64,000 bases of DNA from IMG/VR virus record IMGVR_UViG_3300047470_000212, positions 32,001 to 96,000 of that record; one strand, 5' to 3'. Position 1 is the stretch's first letter, and each line of letters opens with the position of its first letter. The notes beneath the pieces were generated by a model that did no database searches, was not told the origin of the DNA, and saw nothing but the letters and a program-made list of their open reading frames with translations. Source of the DNA: a virus. Positions 46,844-56,468 of this stretch are shown in pieces. The position numbers were made by a program, and so were the translations under genes.

Positions 46844-47224
46844 TCAGTGCCAGATGTAGCCGAGGCCGTCAAGGTGGTCGTAGAGCGCCTTGGGCGCCTT
46901 GTACCGGACACCCTCTTCGAAATCGAAGTGGTTGCCGTGGCCGAAGGTCATGTTCTCCAGCGAGGTGTTCACACGGAACTCACGCATGGGGGTCTCGACC
47001 TCGACAGCCTCCGACACCTCGATCGGCGCCGGGGCCGGAGGGGCACTCATGTCCCTCGGTACGACCTCATGGACGGTGTCGTCGCGCTCGGCAGCGGCCT
47101 GGGCGTTGATGAGCGAGATCTCGTGCTCGCGAGCCTTCAACTCCTCGGCGTGCTCCTTGGCGAGAGCGGCCTTGTTGCGGCCGGTCAGATCACCGGGGCG
47201 AGCGACGTTGCGTGCAGTAGGCAT
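46844..47224 (-). CDS. Hypothetical protein downstream of the capsid gene
   Basis: GGAG RBS; 126 aa. Confidence 0.7.
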   Translation of the reverse strand: MPTARNVARPGDLTGRNKAALAKEHAEELKAREHEISLINAQAAAERDDTVHEVVPRDMSAPPAPAPIEVSEAVEVETPMREFRVNTSLENMTFGHGNHFDFEEGVRYKAPKALYDHLDGLGYIWH

Positions 47225-47281
47225 TTCAATTCTCCGGGTTCGGGACTCGTTTATCGTGAAGCGGTACTACTCTAACGAGGA

Positions 47282-47318
47282 AGGGGAGCGGTCCTGGTAA
47301 TCCAGAACCCGCTCCCCT
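47282..47318 (-). terminator. Terminator after the major capsid gene
   Basis: AGGGGAGCGG...CCGCTCCCCT. Confidence 0.65.
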
Positions 47319-47383
47319 AACTTGTGGACTAGCCGGTTACCGCGAATACCAACTCAACTAGGATTCCTTGCGGAATCGCTGGC

Positions 47384-48376
47384 TCAGTTGGTCTCCGCGA
47401 TGAGGACCGCCTGGTCGGTGATGAGGCCAAGACCCCAAATCGCGTACCAGGCCAGGGCGTGCTCTCGTCCGAAGTCGAGAATGCCGCCGTCACGCAGTTC
47501 GACCGGCAGCGAGATCGCGTGGCCGAACGCGTTGTCGCCCAGGAAGATCGACTGGTAGACGGTCTTGCCACCAGCGAAGTTGTTGGTGAACTGCTTGACC
47601 TGAGTCGTCTCAATGAAAACGACATCGTTCAGGCGGCCAATCTCACCGAGCATGAAGTTGCCCGGCGCGGCATACTTCGTGACCTCGATGAATTCCGGGT
47701 CATCACGCAGACGGCGGCTCTGGTGCGGGTGGATGAAGCAGACGTAGGTCTCGCCCAAGCGGGGGACGTTCTTCGTCGCCAAGGTCTCCACGGCGTCCTT
47801 GACGAGCGCGGCGGTGAAGTTGTGGGTGCCGTCCAGAAGGTCGGTCCCAGCAGCGGCGGTACCCGGGGCGTAGACACCCATGCCGGTCTGGGCCGACGCG
47901 GTCGCGTACTTGTTGTAACCCCAGATCTTCGAGGACGCCTGGAGCAGGGTGTCTCGGGCAGACTGGTCGAGGTAGAGAGCCATGTTGCGGCCCAGGAGAC
48001 GCGAGGCCGAGGCCATGACGTCGTCGAACGAGGCGTTCAGCAGCAGTTCGGAGACCGCGACCGCGTAGCCGTGCTCCGCGACGGTGATGGAGAACTGGCT
48101 GGCGGACAGGGCGTTGGTCTGCATGCGCACACCTTCGACCAACTGCCCGGCGGAGCCGAGGTTGTTGTACCTCATGAAGTTGATCGTGAGGCCGGGCTGA
48201 ACGCCCAATTCGGTCTTCTTCACCGCGAACTGCTCGAAGCGGAGAATCGGCATGGACTGGAACAAAATCTCCTTGCTCCAGATGGTCTGAATGGCCGCAC
48301 CGAGAGTGCTGTTGGCGCCCGAGTAGTTCGTCGGAGAAGCCGACAGGTTCGGGGTACCAGTGATCGCGCTTGGCAT
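47384..48376 (-). CDS. Major capsid protein (N4-gp56 family)
   Basis: P.L.F.QFA......PG.TI.F.RY, L.EG, IHP.....LR.DP.F, GEIG....V.F.ET, DFGR....AWY. Confidence 0.9.
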   Translation of the reverse strand: MPSAITGTPNLSASPTNYSGANSTLGAAIQTIWSKEILFQSMPILRFEQFAVKKTELGVQPGLTINFMRYNNLGSAGQLVEGVRMQTNALSASQFSITVAEHGYAVAVSELLLNASFDDVMASASRLLGRNMALYLDQSARDTLLQASSKIWGYNKYATASAQTGMGVYAPGTAAAGTDLLDGTHNFTAALVKDAVETLATKNVPRLGETYVCFIHPHQSRRLRDDPEFIEVTKYAAPGNFMLGEIGRLNDVVFIETTQVKQFTNNFAGGKTVYQSIFLGDNAFGHAISLPVELRDGGILDFGREHALAWYAIWGLGLITDQAVLIAETN

Positions 48377-48411
48377 ACTGTGAATTCCTTAGTTACGGGT
48401 ACTCGACCGAA

Positions 48412-49272
48412 TTACGAGTACAGTCCACGCTGGTTCTGGGCGGCATTACCGACGCCCAACTGGCCCCGAATCTTGGCGTACTCGGACATAGGCATGGCCT
48501 GGAGGTCCTGGAGGGAGTACGACTTGTGCCCCGGATCAGTGTCCATAGGTCCGGTGGTGGAATAGCCCGTGGGGCTCACACCACGCATGGTGGCTCGCTG
48601 CTGAATAGCGGCCTGCTGGACCGACTCCAGGATAGCCTGGGTCTTTGCCTTGACTGTATTGATGCTTGCCTCTACCTCGTCCGGCGAATTACCACCGACG
48701 AAGTCGAGAAGTTCCGGAGCGATGTTCTCGGACTCCTCGCCCACACGCTTCTGAATGTAGGTCTGGAGGTTGTTGAACTCCTGCTCCTTGGCGAACAGGG
48801 TGCGCTCCTGCTCACGCTCGCGCTCGAACTGCTCGAAGCGGGAAGTCCACTCCTGCTCCTTCTGCGCCAGCAAGTCCTTCGCGGACATGTCCTGCTCCGC
48901 CAGCGACTTGGCCTGAGTCTCGGCGTCCTTGCGACGCTTCTCCTCGTCGGCCTGCGCGGCCTCACGGGCCTTGCGCTGGTCCTCGATCTCCTTGAGGAAC
49001 TTGTTGTTCTGCTCCTCGATCTTGGAGATCCGGCCGTACAACTTGTCCTTCTCCTCCTGCCGCGCCTTGGCGATGTCCTCGGCGGTGAAGCGAGGTTCGG
49101 CAGGCGTGGCGGCGGGCGGCTCGACGACAGCGGCCGGTACGACGATGACAGGGTCGCCACCTTCACCGGGCTGCGGAGCCCCACCCGCGATGGGGTGGAT
49201 CGGACGGCCATCCTTGCGGTAGCCAAGTACGGTCTGAGCGGGCACGGAAATGCCCTGGGTATGAAGCGACAT
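48412..49272 (-). CDS. Capsid scaffolding protein
   Basis: Coiled coil; C-terminal M.M.EYAK.R; between portal and capsid. Confidence 0.8.
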   Translation of the reverse strand: MSLHTQGISVPAQTVLGYRKDGRPIHPIAGGAPQPGEGGDPVIVVPAAVVEPPAATPAEPRFTAEDIAKARQEEKDKLYGRISKIEEQNNKFLKEIEDQRKAREAAQADEEKRRKDAETQAKSLAEQDMSAKDLLAQKEQEWTSRFEQFEREREQERTLFAKEQEFNNLQTYIQKRVGEESENIAPELLDFVGGNSPDEVEASINTVKAKTQAILESVQQAAIQQRATMRGVSPTGYSTTGPMDTDPGHKSYSLQDLQAMPMSEYAKIRGQLGVGNAAQNQRGLYS

Positions 49273-49285
49273 GCGCTCTCGACTC

Positions 49286-51004
49286 CTAGTCGGTCTGGGT
49301 GTCCGGGTCTCGGCGAAGTCCGGCCCGTGGGCCGTACGCCTGTGTCACGATTTCAGTAGTCATTTTCTGAATCTCGGGAGCCGTGATGTTGCCGAGTTCG
49401 ACACCACCGGGAAGCGTCACCGGATTCGGACCCGCAGGCTGATTGATGGGGTTGCCATCCGCATCAGTTTGCGGTGCAGGCGCATCCACCCCATCAGGTG
49501 GCAATCCCGTCAGTTGCAGAATAGTCGAATCGATCTGTGCCTTTAGCATTCGCAGAGCGCCCTGTTGCTTGGCGTCCTCGATCTGCTCCTCGAAGATCTC
49601 GCGGACCTTCTCGTCCGGGAACTCCTCGCCCAAGTCGTGGAGGGCTCCGCGCATGGACTCAAGGCCCATGGACATCTTCGCCTGGATCTCGTTCAACTTG
49701 ATGAGGGTGTCGACCGGCAGAGGGGCAGGCCATTCGCACTCGGTGAAGTAGGCCATAGGGTCGAGCACATCGACCATAGGCGGCTGATCGTCCTTCATGA
49801 TGCCCTCGGTTGCAGGGTCATACAGCCGGGATTCCGGCTCGAAGGTGAACAGCGTCTTGAGGATGAGTTCGTTGACCTTCTGGAGGCCGACGGAGTACTG
49901 CATCTTCTTCTGGTCGTAGCGGGACATCATGGGTCGATACATGATGGCCAATGCCACACCCGATGTATTGCTCGCGGGTTGCATCTGCCCGAGCGCCGTT
50001 TCCGGAACGCCCGTTATCTCGTGCATGGAACGCTTGATCATCTCCAGGTACTGGAGCGGTCCCGCGATGTCGACGCCATTCTCCAAGTTGAACACGTTCG
50101 CGTCTTTGGGGAGTCCGCCCCACACCTTGCGAGGACCCTTCTCAAGGTTGCTCGCTTTCGCGCCCGTGATGATCGTTACGGGGGCGGCGTGGTAATTGAT
50201 GATGTCGCTGATGTCGGTGGCCTTCTCGTTGTACTCACGATTCAGGCTGATGATGTCGGCGATATCGGAGAGACCCCAGGGTGAGCCGCTGACCTGCGAG
50301 TTGGCGATGTGGACCACGGGTATGAGGCCCAGCGGGTTCGGCCGGGAGTCTATGAGTTCGTCATTCAGATACTCTTCGATCGTCGAGTCCGTGAGCACTT
50401 CGACGTAGGTGTAGACGGATCGCGTCCCATCTTCGCCGGTAGCCCAAAAACGGTACTTGAGTTTGAAGCGGATCAGGCGGTCCCTGTCATGGGGGTGCCA
50501 CTCTGGAAAGCAGAAAGCAGAGTTGAGCGGGAGGATCCTTACGCGGCCGGGCTGTTCTTGTCCCAGATCATCTACGTATGCCGGTGCGTAGGCCACCTTC
50601 ACAAAGCAGTCGCCACCGACGCCGCCTTGCTGGCCCATCTCCCAGAGCAACTGCTCCTTGCGGTTGTCCACCTCCCAGGCCCTCTTGAGGAGGGAGGGGA
50701 CGATGTGTTCGTACTGCTTGACGGACTTGAAGTGAACTCCGCGCCCGAAGGTGAAATTGTTGATGTAGTCGGCGAAGGCTTTCACGTAGTTGAACGTGAT
50801 CTGGCTCTCTCCAGCCTCACGGCGGTACCCCCAGTGGTGTCCCAAGTAGTATGCAAAGTTCTGGGAATAACGGTTGAGGCGCGGGCCATGCACTTCGAAC
50901 TCCTCGTCGGCCAATTCGACTAGGCCGAGAGGAGAGATCGACACAGTAAGGTCTGATCCCGAGGCCCGCATAGACGGGCTGGCGAATGAGATGGCACCGC
51001 TCAT
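49286..51004 (-). CDS. Portal protein (SPP1 gp6-like)
   Basis: NPLG.IPVVH..N......G.SDI.....LN..YN; position. Confidence 0.88.
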   Translation of the reverse strand: MSGAISFASPSMRASGSDLTVSISPLGLVELADEEFEVHGPRLNRYSQNFAYYLGHHWGYRREAGESQITFNYVKAFADYINNFTFGRGVHFKSVKQYEHIVPSLLKRAWEVDNRKEQLLWEMGQQGGVGGDCFVKVAYAPAYVDDLGQEQPGRVRILPLNSAFCFPEWHPHDRDRLIRFKLKYRFWATGEDGTRSVYTYVEVLTDSTIEEYLNDELIDSRPNPLGLIPVVHIANSQVSGSPWGLSDIADIISLNREYNEKATDISDIINYHAAPVTIITGAKASNLEKGPRKVWGGLPKDANVFNLENGVDIAGPLQYLEMIKRSMHEITGVPETALGQMQPASNTSGVALAIMYRPMMSRYDQKKMQYSVGLQKVNELILKTLFTFEPESRLYDPATEGIMKDDQPPMVDVLDPMAYFTECEWPAPLPVDTLIKLNEIQAKMSMGLESMRGALHDLGEEFPDEKVREIFEEQIEDAKQQGALRMLKAQIDSTILQLTGLPPDGVDAPAPQTDADGNPINQPAGPNPVTLPGGVELGNITAPEIQKMTTEIVTQAYGPRAGLRRDPDTQTD

Positions 51005-51020
51005 GGAAAGGTTCTCCGAC

Positions 51021-51311
51021 TCAGATTTCGATGACGCGAGTGGGCTTCATCTGCCGCGTCTCGCGCTTGGCCTTGGCACGGCTCTCGAAAGGCTCTCCGC
51101 GCTCGATAACGTCACCGCTGGGAAGCACCTCATGCAGGACGTACTGTCGCGTCTTGGCGCCTTCCTCGTCCTCTACGGGAACTCCGCGAACGAGGTAGCG
51201 TCCCCCGATGAGGCTCTTCCCGACCGTCTCGCCCTTTTGGAGCGGGAGGCGCGGAAGAACCTCATCGAAGGAGGCTCGTGGGGACCTGCGACGGTCGTTG
51301 AAGGCGACCAC
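51021..51311 (-). CDS. Hypothetical protein
   Basis: 96-aa ORF in the operon. Confidence 0.55.
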   Translation of the reverse strand: MVAFNDRRRSPRASFDEVLPRLPLQKGETVGKSLIGGRYLVRGVPVEDEEGAKTRQYVLHEVLPSGDVIERGEPFESRAKAKRETRQMKPTRVIEI

Positions 51312-51316
51312 GTGAA

Positions 51317-51715
51317 TCAGTCCTCGACGACAGCCGGGGACTGGCGCTCGTACCGGCTGCCGTTACGAACGACCTCCTCGTAGCGCACCGCCGCGTAGTC
51401 GGAGAAGGAGCCCTGGGCGAACTCACCGAGGTAGGTGGGAGCCTCGACCCAGGAGGCGGAACCGACGTGGACACGCTCGGCCATGGTCTCCTGCGGCGAC
51501 TTCTCGTAGACGTTGGCGTTGTGGTTCGGGCGGCCCGGGGCCGTTATGTAGCCCTGGAGAGCGCCCTTGGTGAACTCGTTCGGCACGTCTGTGTCTGTGG
51601 CGACACCCTCCTCGAACCGAAGAGGACCGCGCCGTACAGCGTTGTCAGCGAGCTTGCGCTCATAGACCGTGCCGACGCGCTCCTGAAACTGCGGGTCGGG
51701 TGCGAGATTAGTCAT
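51317..51715 (-). CDS. Conserved phage protein
   Basis: RGPLRFEEGVATDTDVP..F; GAGGA RBS. Confidence 0.7.
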   Translation of the reverse strand: MTNLAPDPQFQERVGTVYERKLADNAVRRGPLRFEEGVATDTDVPNEFTKGALQGYITAPGRPNHNANVYEKSPQETMAERVHVGSASWVEAPTYLGEFAQGSFSDYAAVRYEEVVRNGSRYERQSPAVVED

Positions 51716-51778
51716 TCCGTAATCCTCTTCTGATAGCGAGGTAGCGATACCAGGGTATGAGGAATCAGAAAGGCGTTG

Positions 51779-52192
51779 TTAACTAGCGATAGTCCGAAGC
51801 GAGAAAAGGCTCACCGGGGAAGTCGTAGCGGCGGGAACCGTGATGTCGTACTCCTCGCCCCCGGGGAAGCACTCCTTCACGCGCCAGGTGAATGCAGGCG
51901 TCACTCCGGCGACGTCGGTGGCCAGCAGGCTGATGGTGAGCAGGCCCCTTTCGACCCGCTCGTGCACCTCGTGCAGCCACACCACGGTGTCCCCGTCGGT
52001 CACCCGGCGCACCGACGGCGTGAACCTGACCATGGAGCCGTTGAGCGCGTTGCCCTGGTCGTCCACGTATTTGGCCGTGACGGTGACGGCCGTGAAGTTG
52101 GGCGGAAGAGTAAGGGGCGGAGTATCAGGGCCTGCCACGGTGGAGGGCTTCTGAGCCGTCCACCCGGGGGCATTCCATTCGTCGGCCATCAA
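51779..52192 (-). CDS. Hypothetical virion-associated protein
   Basis: V.VT..Y.D..G..L.G.V.FTP, L.ATD.....P..TW.V.E. Confidence 0.6.
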   Translation of the reverse strand: MMADEWNAPGWTAQKPSTVAGPDTPPLTLPPNFTAVTVTAKYVDDQGNALNGSMVRFTPSVRRVTDGDTVVWLHEVHERVERGLLTISLLATDVAGVTPAFTWRVKECFPGGEEYDITVPAATTSPVSLFSLRTIAS

Positions 52193-52198
52193 AGGTCC

Positions 52199-53785
52199 TT
52201 AGCGCTGGAAGGGAGAATTGGAAACTTCGACCTCGGGCATCGTGTAGTCCTTGGTCAGAACGCAGGCGAGCGCCAGGGAATCCGCGTAGTCGTCGTGGGC
52301 GTCGGCCGCGCGAGGGGCCTCAGCCAATACGTACGGGCCCTCGAATTTCTTCTCCAGGTCTTCCATCTGCTGACGGAAACGCTTGTAACTCTTGAGACGC
52401 CGGGTGTAAGCGTGGGCGGGCCAGGAGATGAGTCCCCGGTTCATCAATTCCATGAGGTGCTTCCACCGCTTGGACTGCTCGGGGCGCTGGGATCCCAGGG
52501 CCACGATGTCGATATCCGGCATGAGGACGCGCAGCCGGGATATGACGACGTCACCGACACCGCCCTCGTCGACCGCGATAGCCATCACGTTATAGTTCCG
52601 TGCGAATTCGACGATGCGGAAGTACTGGTTCTCCCAGTCCATTCCGCCGAGGTCCATCCAGTTGAGGATGCGGTGCTCGAAGTTGCCGAACTCGTCGGGT
52701 GCGTCCCAGCGGACCCACACGGCCGTGACGATCGTGGAGTCCTGCTTGCGAGCAGGGTCGATGCCGATGACGACGGGGCTCTTGTGGTAGGCCGGGACGA
52801 CCTGCATGGAGACGTCGCCGAGTTCGTCCAGCCGCTCGGTCGTGGTGAACATACCCTTGTCGAGCAGCCACATGAGGCGGTACGACAATTTGAATTCGTC
52901 GGAGTCCTCGCCGATGCGCAGGAGTTCCTTCTTGACGAATTTCGCATAGTTCTCGTTCCACTTCGAGACTTCTTTCCAGTCCGCATCGAAATGGTTCTGC
53001 CGGGCGCCACGCTTTGTCGCGGTACGCCGGTTGATCTGGATCTGGTTGTAGAAGACGCCCTTCTCGTACGTGGGCGTTCCTGTGAAAACCATCGTTGCAT
53101 TGGTCGAGGCACCCATCGGGCCGATCGACTTGTTGACCATTTTCTCGTCGGCGCCCTGGCACTCGTCGATAAGGATCAGGTGATAGGTGCGGCCTTCAAT
53201 GGTGGCGCGAGGGTGACAGGTCTGCTTTCGCACGAGGCTGCCGGACCGCTTCAGGGATATCGAGCGTCCCTTGCCCGCCACGGTGTCGTCGATTTCCGGG
53301 TCGGCCATGATTTCCAGGGCGTGGTCACTGGTAAGGCGGGCCACGATTCGGCCGTACAAGTTGTCGGCCTGCTCCTCGACGGGAGCAAATGCGCCGACCC
53401 AAAGGCCTTCCTTGAATTTGCCCATCAGGTCGGGGAAGATTTTCGCCAGCCTGGGGAACATGATCATGCAGGCGGCGACGCAGTTGGCCACGGTCTCAGA
53501 CTTGCCGGACTGCCGGGAGAAGAGCGCGGTAAGGGTGGCGCCATCATTGATGATCAGCGACTCGATCAGACGAGCCGCGAAAGGGCGCTGGTACCCGTAC
53601 AGGGGGTGTCCGGAGACCTCATCGACGATGAGGAGCATCTTGGCGACGATCTGGTCGACGAATGCCTGCGAGGTCTGGTCCAGGACCACCTCGGTGTCGA
53701 TCCTTGCCTGACGCTCTTCGTCAGTTTCGTCGCTGATGAACTCGTCGTACTCGACGTCCTCCGTTACAGACACAACTAACCCCAA
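52199..53785 (-). CDS. terL: Terminase large subunit
   Basis: SRQSGKS Walker A, ILIDE, GTP, GID.A...D.T, HDDY.DS. Confidence 0.93.
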   Translation of the reverse strand: MGLVVSVTEDVEYDEFISDETDEERQARIDTEVVLDQTSQAFVDQIVAKMLLIVDEVSGHPLYGYQRPFAARLIESLIINDGATLTALFSRQSGKSETVANCVAACMIMFPRLAKIFPDLMGKFKEGLWVGAFAPVEEQADNLYGRIVARLTSDHALEIMADPEIDDTVAGKGRSISLKRSGSLVRKQTCHPRATIEGRTYHLILIDECQGADEKMVNKSIGPMGASTNATMVFTGTPTYEKGVFYNQIQINRRTATKRGARQNHFDADWKEVSKWNENYAKFVKKELLRIGEDSDEFKLSYRLMWLLDKGMFTTTERLDELGDVSMQVVPAYHKSPVVIGIDPARKQDSTIVTAVWVRWDAPDEFGNFEHRILNWMDLGGMDWENQYFRIVEFARNYNVMAIAVDEGGVGDVVISRLRVLMPDIDIVALGSQRPEQSKRWKHLMELMNRGLISWPAHAYTRRLKSYKRFRQQMEDLEKKFEGPYVLAEAPRAADAHDDYADSLALACVLTKDYTMPEVEVSNSPFQR

Positions 53786-53857
53786 TCCCGTTTCTTGCTA
53801 CGGAATTGAGGTTAGGCGTTTTCTGCTATCGGTTTGTAATTACGGCTTCCGAAGGGT

Positions 53858-54118
53858 TCAGGCGTCCCTTCGGATGTCCCTGTTCGCGATGATCTGCTGG
53901 GCGCGCTGCCGCGTGAAGCCGAACATCCTGCCCAGGTTCTCGTAGGTGTAGCGGCCCTTTGCGTAGACCGCCTCCACCAGAGCGTCCCGGGCCTCGGTCG
54001 ACACGGCCGGGTAGTCCTCGAAGCACATCTGGTCGCAGAAGATGGGGGCGTCCTTCTTGGCCACACCCAGCAGCCTGCGGCAGCCTCGGCACCGAAGATC
54101 AACCAGCATGTCAGGCAT
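53858..54118 (-). CDS. Zinc-finger + HTH DNA-binding protein
   Basis: CRGC...FCDQMC; YTYENLGRMFGFTRQRAQQI. Confidence 0.7.
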   Translation of the reverse strand: MPDMLVDLRCRGCRRLLGVAKKDAPIFCDQMCFEDYPAVSTEARDALVEAVYAKGRYTYENLGRMFGFTRQRAQQIIANRDIRRDA

Positions 54119-54395
54119 CGATCTTCGCCTCCCCCGTCATGCGGTCATCGGTCTCGTCGTCCACAGACCCGCCACCGTTCTCGTGCCAGGCACTCTCCAC
54201 ACCCTGGAGCAACTGGTCGAGCAGCCCCAGTGGAAGGGTCAGGCCGCGCCCGTAGGTCTCCAGGGACGGGATGTACTCGCGCAGGTCGACGAACAGCCCG
54301 TCGTGGGGGCTCTGAACTGTGGAGACGTGAATCTCCTTGTCGTGCACGTACGCGACCCGGGCGTGGATCGTCCGTCCCTCAGCAAGTTCGTCCAT
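54111..54395 (-). CDS. PC4/YdbC-like ssDNA-binding protein
   Basis: I.VS......G..VDLREY.......RGLTL. Confidence 0.65.
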   Translation of the reverse strand: MDELAEGRTIHARVAYVHDKEIHVSTVQSPHDGLFVDLREYIPSLETYGRGLTLPLGLLDQLLQGVESAWHENGGGSVDDETDDRMTGEAKIDA

Positions 54396-54434
54396 GACTC
54401 CTCCATCGCTCTATGTGTCCGAGACTACACCGCG

Positions 54435-54458
54435 CAAGCGGTCTCGACAACCCGCTTG
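54435..54458. promoter_or_regulatory. Palindromic operator-like site between divergent genes
   Basis: CAAGCGG-N10-CCGCTTG; same geometry at six other sites. Confidence 0.6.
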
Positions 54459-54505
54459 ACGAGCGAGTACAGTGAGTCTGTTGACAAGAGATAGAGGAGC
54501 ACACG

Positions 54506-54724
54506 ATGGGCATGTACCCGATGAACGACCCGGAGAAGTGCCCGAAGTGCGGGCGGGTCCTCTCCGAGGCACCTGCACCTGAGCGGGTAAAGGTCGAAAA
54601 CTTCCCCGCCGGGGTAACCTACGGACTTGATCCGGTCTGTGGGGGGCGCTGGCACGTGTGGGATCGCACCTCTCCGCTGCGGAAGAAGGCACAACCCTTC
54701 GTGGACGGAGAGAACGATGGATGA
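54506..54724 (+). CDS. Small zinc-ribbon protein
   Basis: GAGGAG RBS; CPKC...C. Confidence 0.6.
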   Translation: MGMYPMNDPEKCPKCGRVLSEAPAPERVKVENFPAGVTYGLDPVCGGRWHVWDRTSPLRKKAQPFVDGENDG

Positions 54725-54947
54725 CTTCAACCTCCAGAACGGCATACAGCGCGCCACAGGCTCCGAGGAGCTGGACGCCCTCCAGCAGCGCGAGCTGCGG
54801 TCCGAGCAGATGCAGTACTACAAGAACGCCAACACCGAGCCCTTCGAGGGCTTCGGCGGGTTGCAGGGACTCAAGGAGGCTGCGATCGGTGTGGCGATCT
54901 TCCTGGGCGTGGCCCTGTTCATCAAGTACGTCCTCGGCATTGGCTAG
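54717..54947 (+). CDS. Small membrane protein
   Basis: C-terminal TM helix; GGAG RBS. Confidence 0.6.
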   Translation: MDDFNLQNGIQRATGSEELDALQQRELRSEQMQYYKNANTEPFEGFGGLQGLKEAAIGVAIFLGVALFIKYVLGIG

Positions 54948-54957
54948 CCCGCACAGC

Positions 54958-54994
54958 AGAAGGCCCCCGCTCCGGTCTGGAGTCGGGGGCCTTC
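54958..54994. terminator. Bidirectional terminator
   Basis: AGAAGGCCCCCG...CGGGGGCCTTCT between convergent genes. Confidence 0.7.
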
Positions 54995-55001
54995 TTCTTG
55001 C

Positions 55002-56078
55002 CTACTGCGCCCGCCGCAGTGGTACGACGTTCTCCTGGCTGACCATGGCGGTCAGGAACGGCTTGCCCTTCATGGTCTCGTCACGGCGCCTGCGCTCCGA
55101 GGACAGGCCCAGGTACCGCTCGGTGGTTGCCATGTTCGAGTGGTGCAGCAGGGCCGAGACCGTACGGAGCGCAGCGTCGTATCCGACCTCCGTGGACAGC
55201 GCGTCGAAGTAGGCACGGGCCACCGCCCGGCGGATGGTGTGGGTGCCCTCGTAGCGGGTCGGCAGGCCCACGGCGGCCAGCGCGTGCTTGACGATCTTCT
55301 CCGTGCGCTGCACCGGCCGGTCCGGGTGCCACATGAACGGCGTGCGGACGTAGACCCGCTGGCCGGTCTCCTTGTCCAGGTAGTGCGTGGCGATGGTGTT
55401 GCCGGTACGGGCCGGGAAGAGGTAGTCGTCCGCGCGTAGGGGTCGGCCCAGCAGCTCGGCGTACTCGACCAGCCATACGCGCAGCTCGCGCTCCAGGTCG
55501 GCGGTCAGGGGCATCTCGTCCTCCTCCCTGGTCTTGATCACGGTCACGAAGACCTCGGACCGCGCGAAGTCGATGTCGCCGACGCGCATGTTCGTGATCT
55601 CCGAGGCACGGCACGCGGTGTTCACGGCCGTGGCCAAGTAGGCCCGGTGCATGGCGCACTCAGCCTGGTCCAGGAGCTGGAGCAGGATGGACGGGGCGGG
55701 CTGCTGGCGGCGCCTCTTCGGTTCCGGCAGGGGGTCGACGCCGGTCAGGTAGTTGTCCAGCGGGGTGAAGCCGCTGTTCTTGCAGAAGGAGAAGAACACC
55801 TTCAGCCGGGCGCGGTAGTTGTTGTGGGTGCCGGGGCCGACGGCCTCCCGAACCGGCTGTCCCTTGATGCGGGTGGAGTGGGTGTCCATGATCCCGCCGG
55901 GCCCGTAGAAGAAGTCCCGGACCTCCACGGCGCTCAGCTTGTCGAACTCCAGGTTGCCCAGGTGCTCGACGAACCGGGGCAGCAGAGTCTCGTCGACCCT
56001 CATCGTGTTGTCGGCCTTGCCGGAGCGCTTACGGATGTCCAGGTACTCCTCGACGGCGCTGCGCAGTGCGATGGTCAC
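55002..56078 (-). CDS. Tyrosine recombinase/integrase
   Basis: TACRASE (R), K, HTIRR, LLHHS....TERY catalytic set; AGGAGG RBS before GTG. Confidence 0.92.
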   Translation of the reverse strand: MTIALRSAVEEYLDIRKRSGKADNTMRVDETLLPRFVEHLGNLEFDKLSAVEVRDFFYGPGGIMDTHSTRIKGQPVREAVGPGTHNNYRARLKVFFSFCKNSGFTPLDNYLTGVDPLPEPKRRRQQPAPSILLQLLDQAECAMHRAYLATAVNTACRASEITNMRVGDIDFARSEVFVTVIKTREEDEMPLTADLERELRVWLVEYAELLGRPLRADDYLFPARTGNTIATHYLDKETGQRVYVRTPFMWHPDRPVQRTEKIVKHALAAVGLPTRYEGTHTIRRAVARAYFDALSTEVGYDAALRTVSALLHHSNMATTERYLGLSSERRRRDETMKGKPFLTAMVSQENVVPLRRAQ

Positions 56079-56187
56079 GCTTCCTCCTGGTGCGGGGTTG
56101 GCTGCGTGTCCGACTCTACAGACGTCAAGCACATTCATCAAGATGATTGCGTAGCACTTCTTGAGAAGCGATAGTAGGGTGTGCGTC

Positions 56188-56346
56188 ATGGAAACCAACG
56201 CGCTTCATACCTCGGGGCTCACCGAGCCCCAGAGCAACATGACCGTCAGCCTGACGAACAACCGCATGGAGGACAGCCGCTGGAACCGACTCCTCACCAT
56301 CCTCTTCACCCCGCAGGACGAGGACGCCCAGGCAGCCACCGCCTAG
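56188..56346 (+). CDS. Small protein (52 aa), possibly leaderless
   Basis: TAGGGT -10-like box 7 nt before the ATG; in-frame CTT-CAT-ACC at codons 6-8. Confidence 0.55.
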   Translation: METNALHTSGLTEPQSNMTVSLTNNRMEDSRWNRLLTILFTPQDEDAQAATA

Positions 56347-56402
56347 AACAACTACCCTTCCCAACAGGGACGTTCCCCATATACTGCACTGATCAACACA
56401 AC

Positions 56403-56440
56403 GGGCCTGTCACCGCGAGTCTAGGCGCGGCGACAGGCCC
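56403..56440. other. Imperfect inverted repeat upstream of the serine recombinase (terminator or att-site candidate)
   Basis: GGGCCTGTCACCGCG/CGCGGCGACAGGCCC, flanked by TGATCA on both sides. Confidence 0.45.
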
Positions 56441-56468
56441 TTGATCAGTCTGTAAAGGAGACTGAACC

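Noticed and set aside
47225-47383. tRNA or ncRNA in intergenic gaps (also 8224-8352, 56347-56468, 61654-61893, 63570-63780)
   Set aside because: No cloverleaf or T-loop consensus by eye; the hairpins fit terminators. tRNAscan/Infernal would settle it.
33503-51760. Near-matches TATGAG (about 33505, 50321, 50351, 51756) as extra heptamer copies
   Set aside because: They differ at a core base and read CTC-ATA in a different frame or are intergenic; excluded from the count.
1-54400. Many long plus-strand ORFs in the track (e.g. 8467-10083, 11403-13388, 32779-35112, 37953-40859, 51776-53779)
   Set aside because: They are antisense shadows of GC3-biased minus-strand genes, with no recognisable motifs or RBS.
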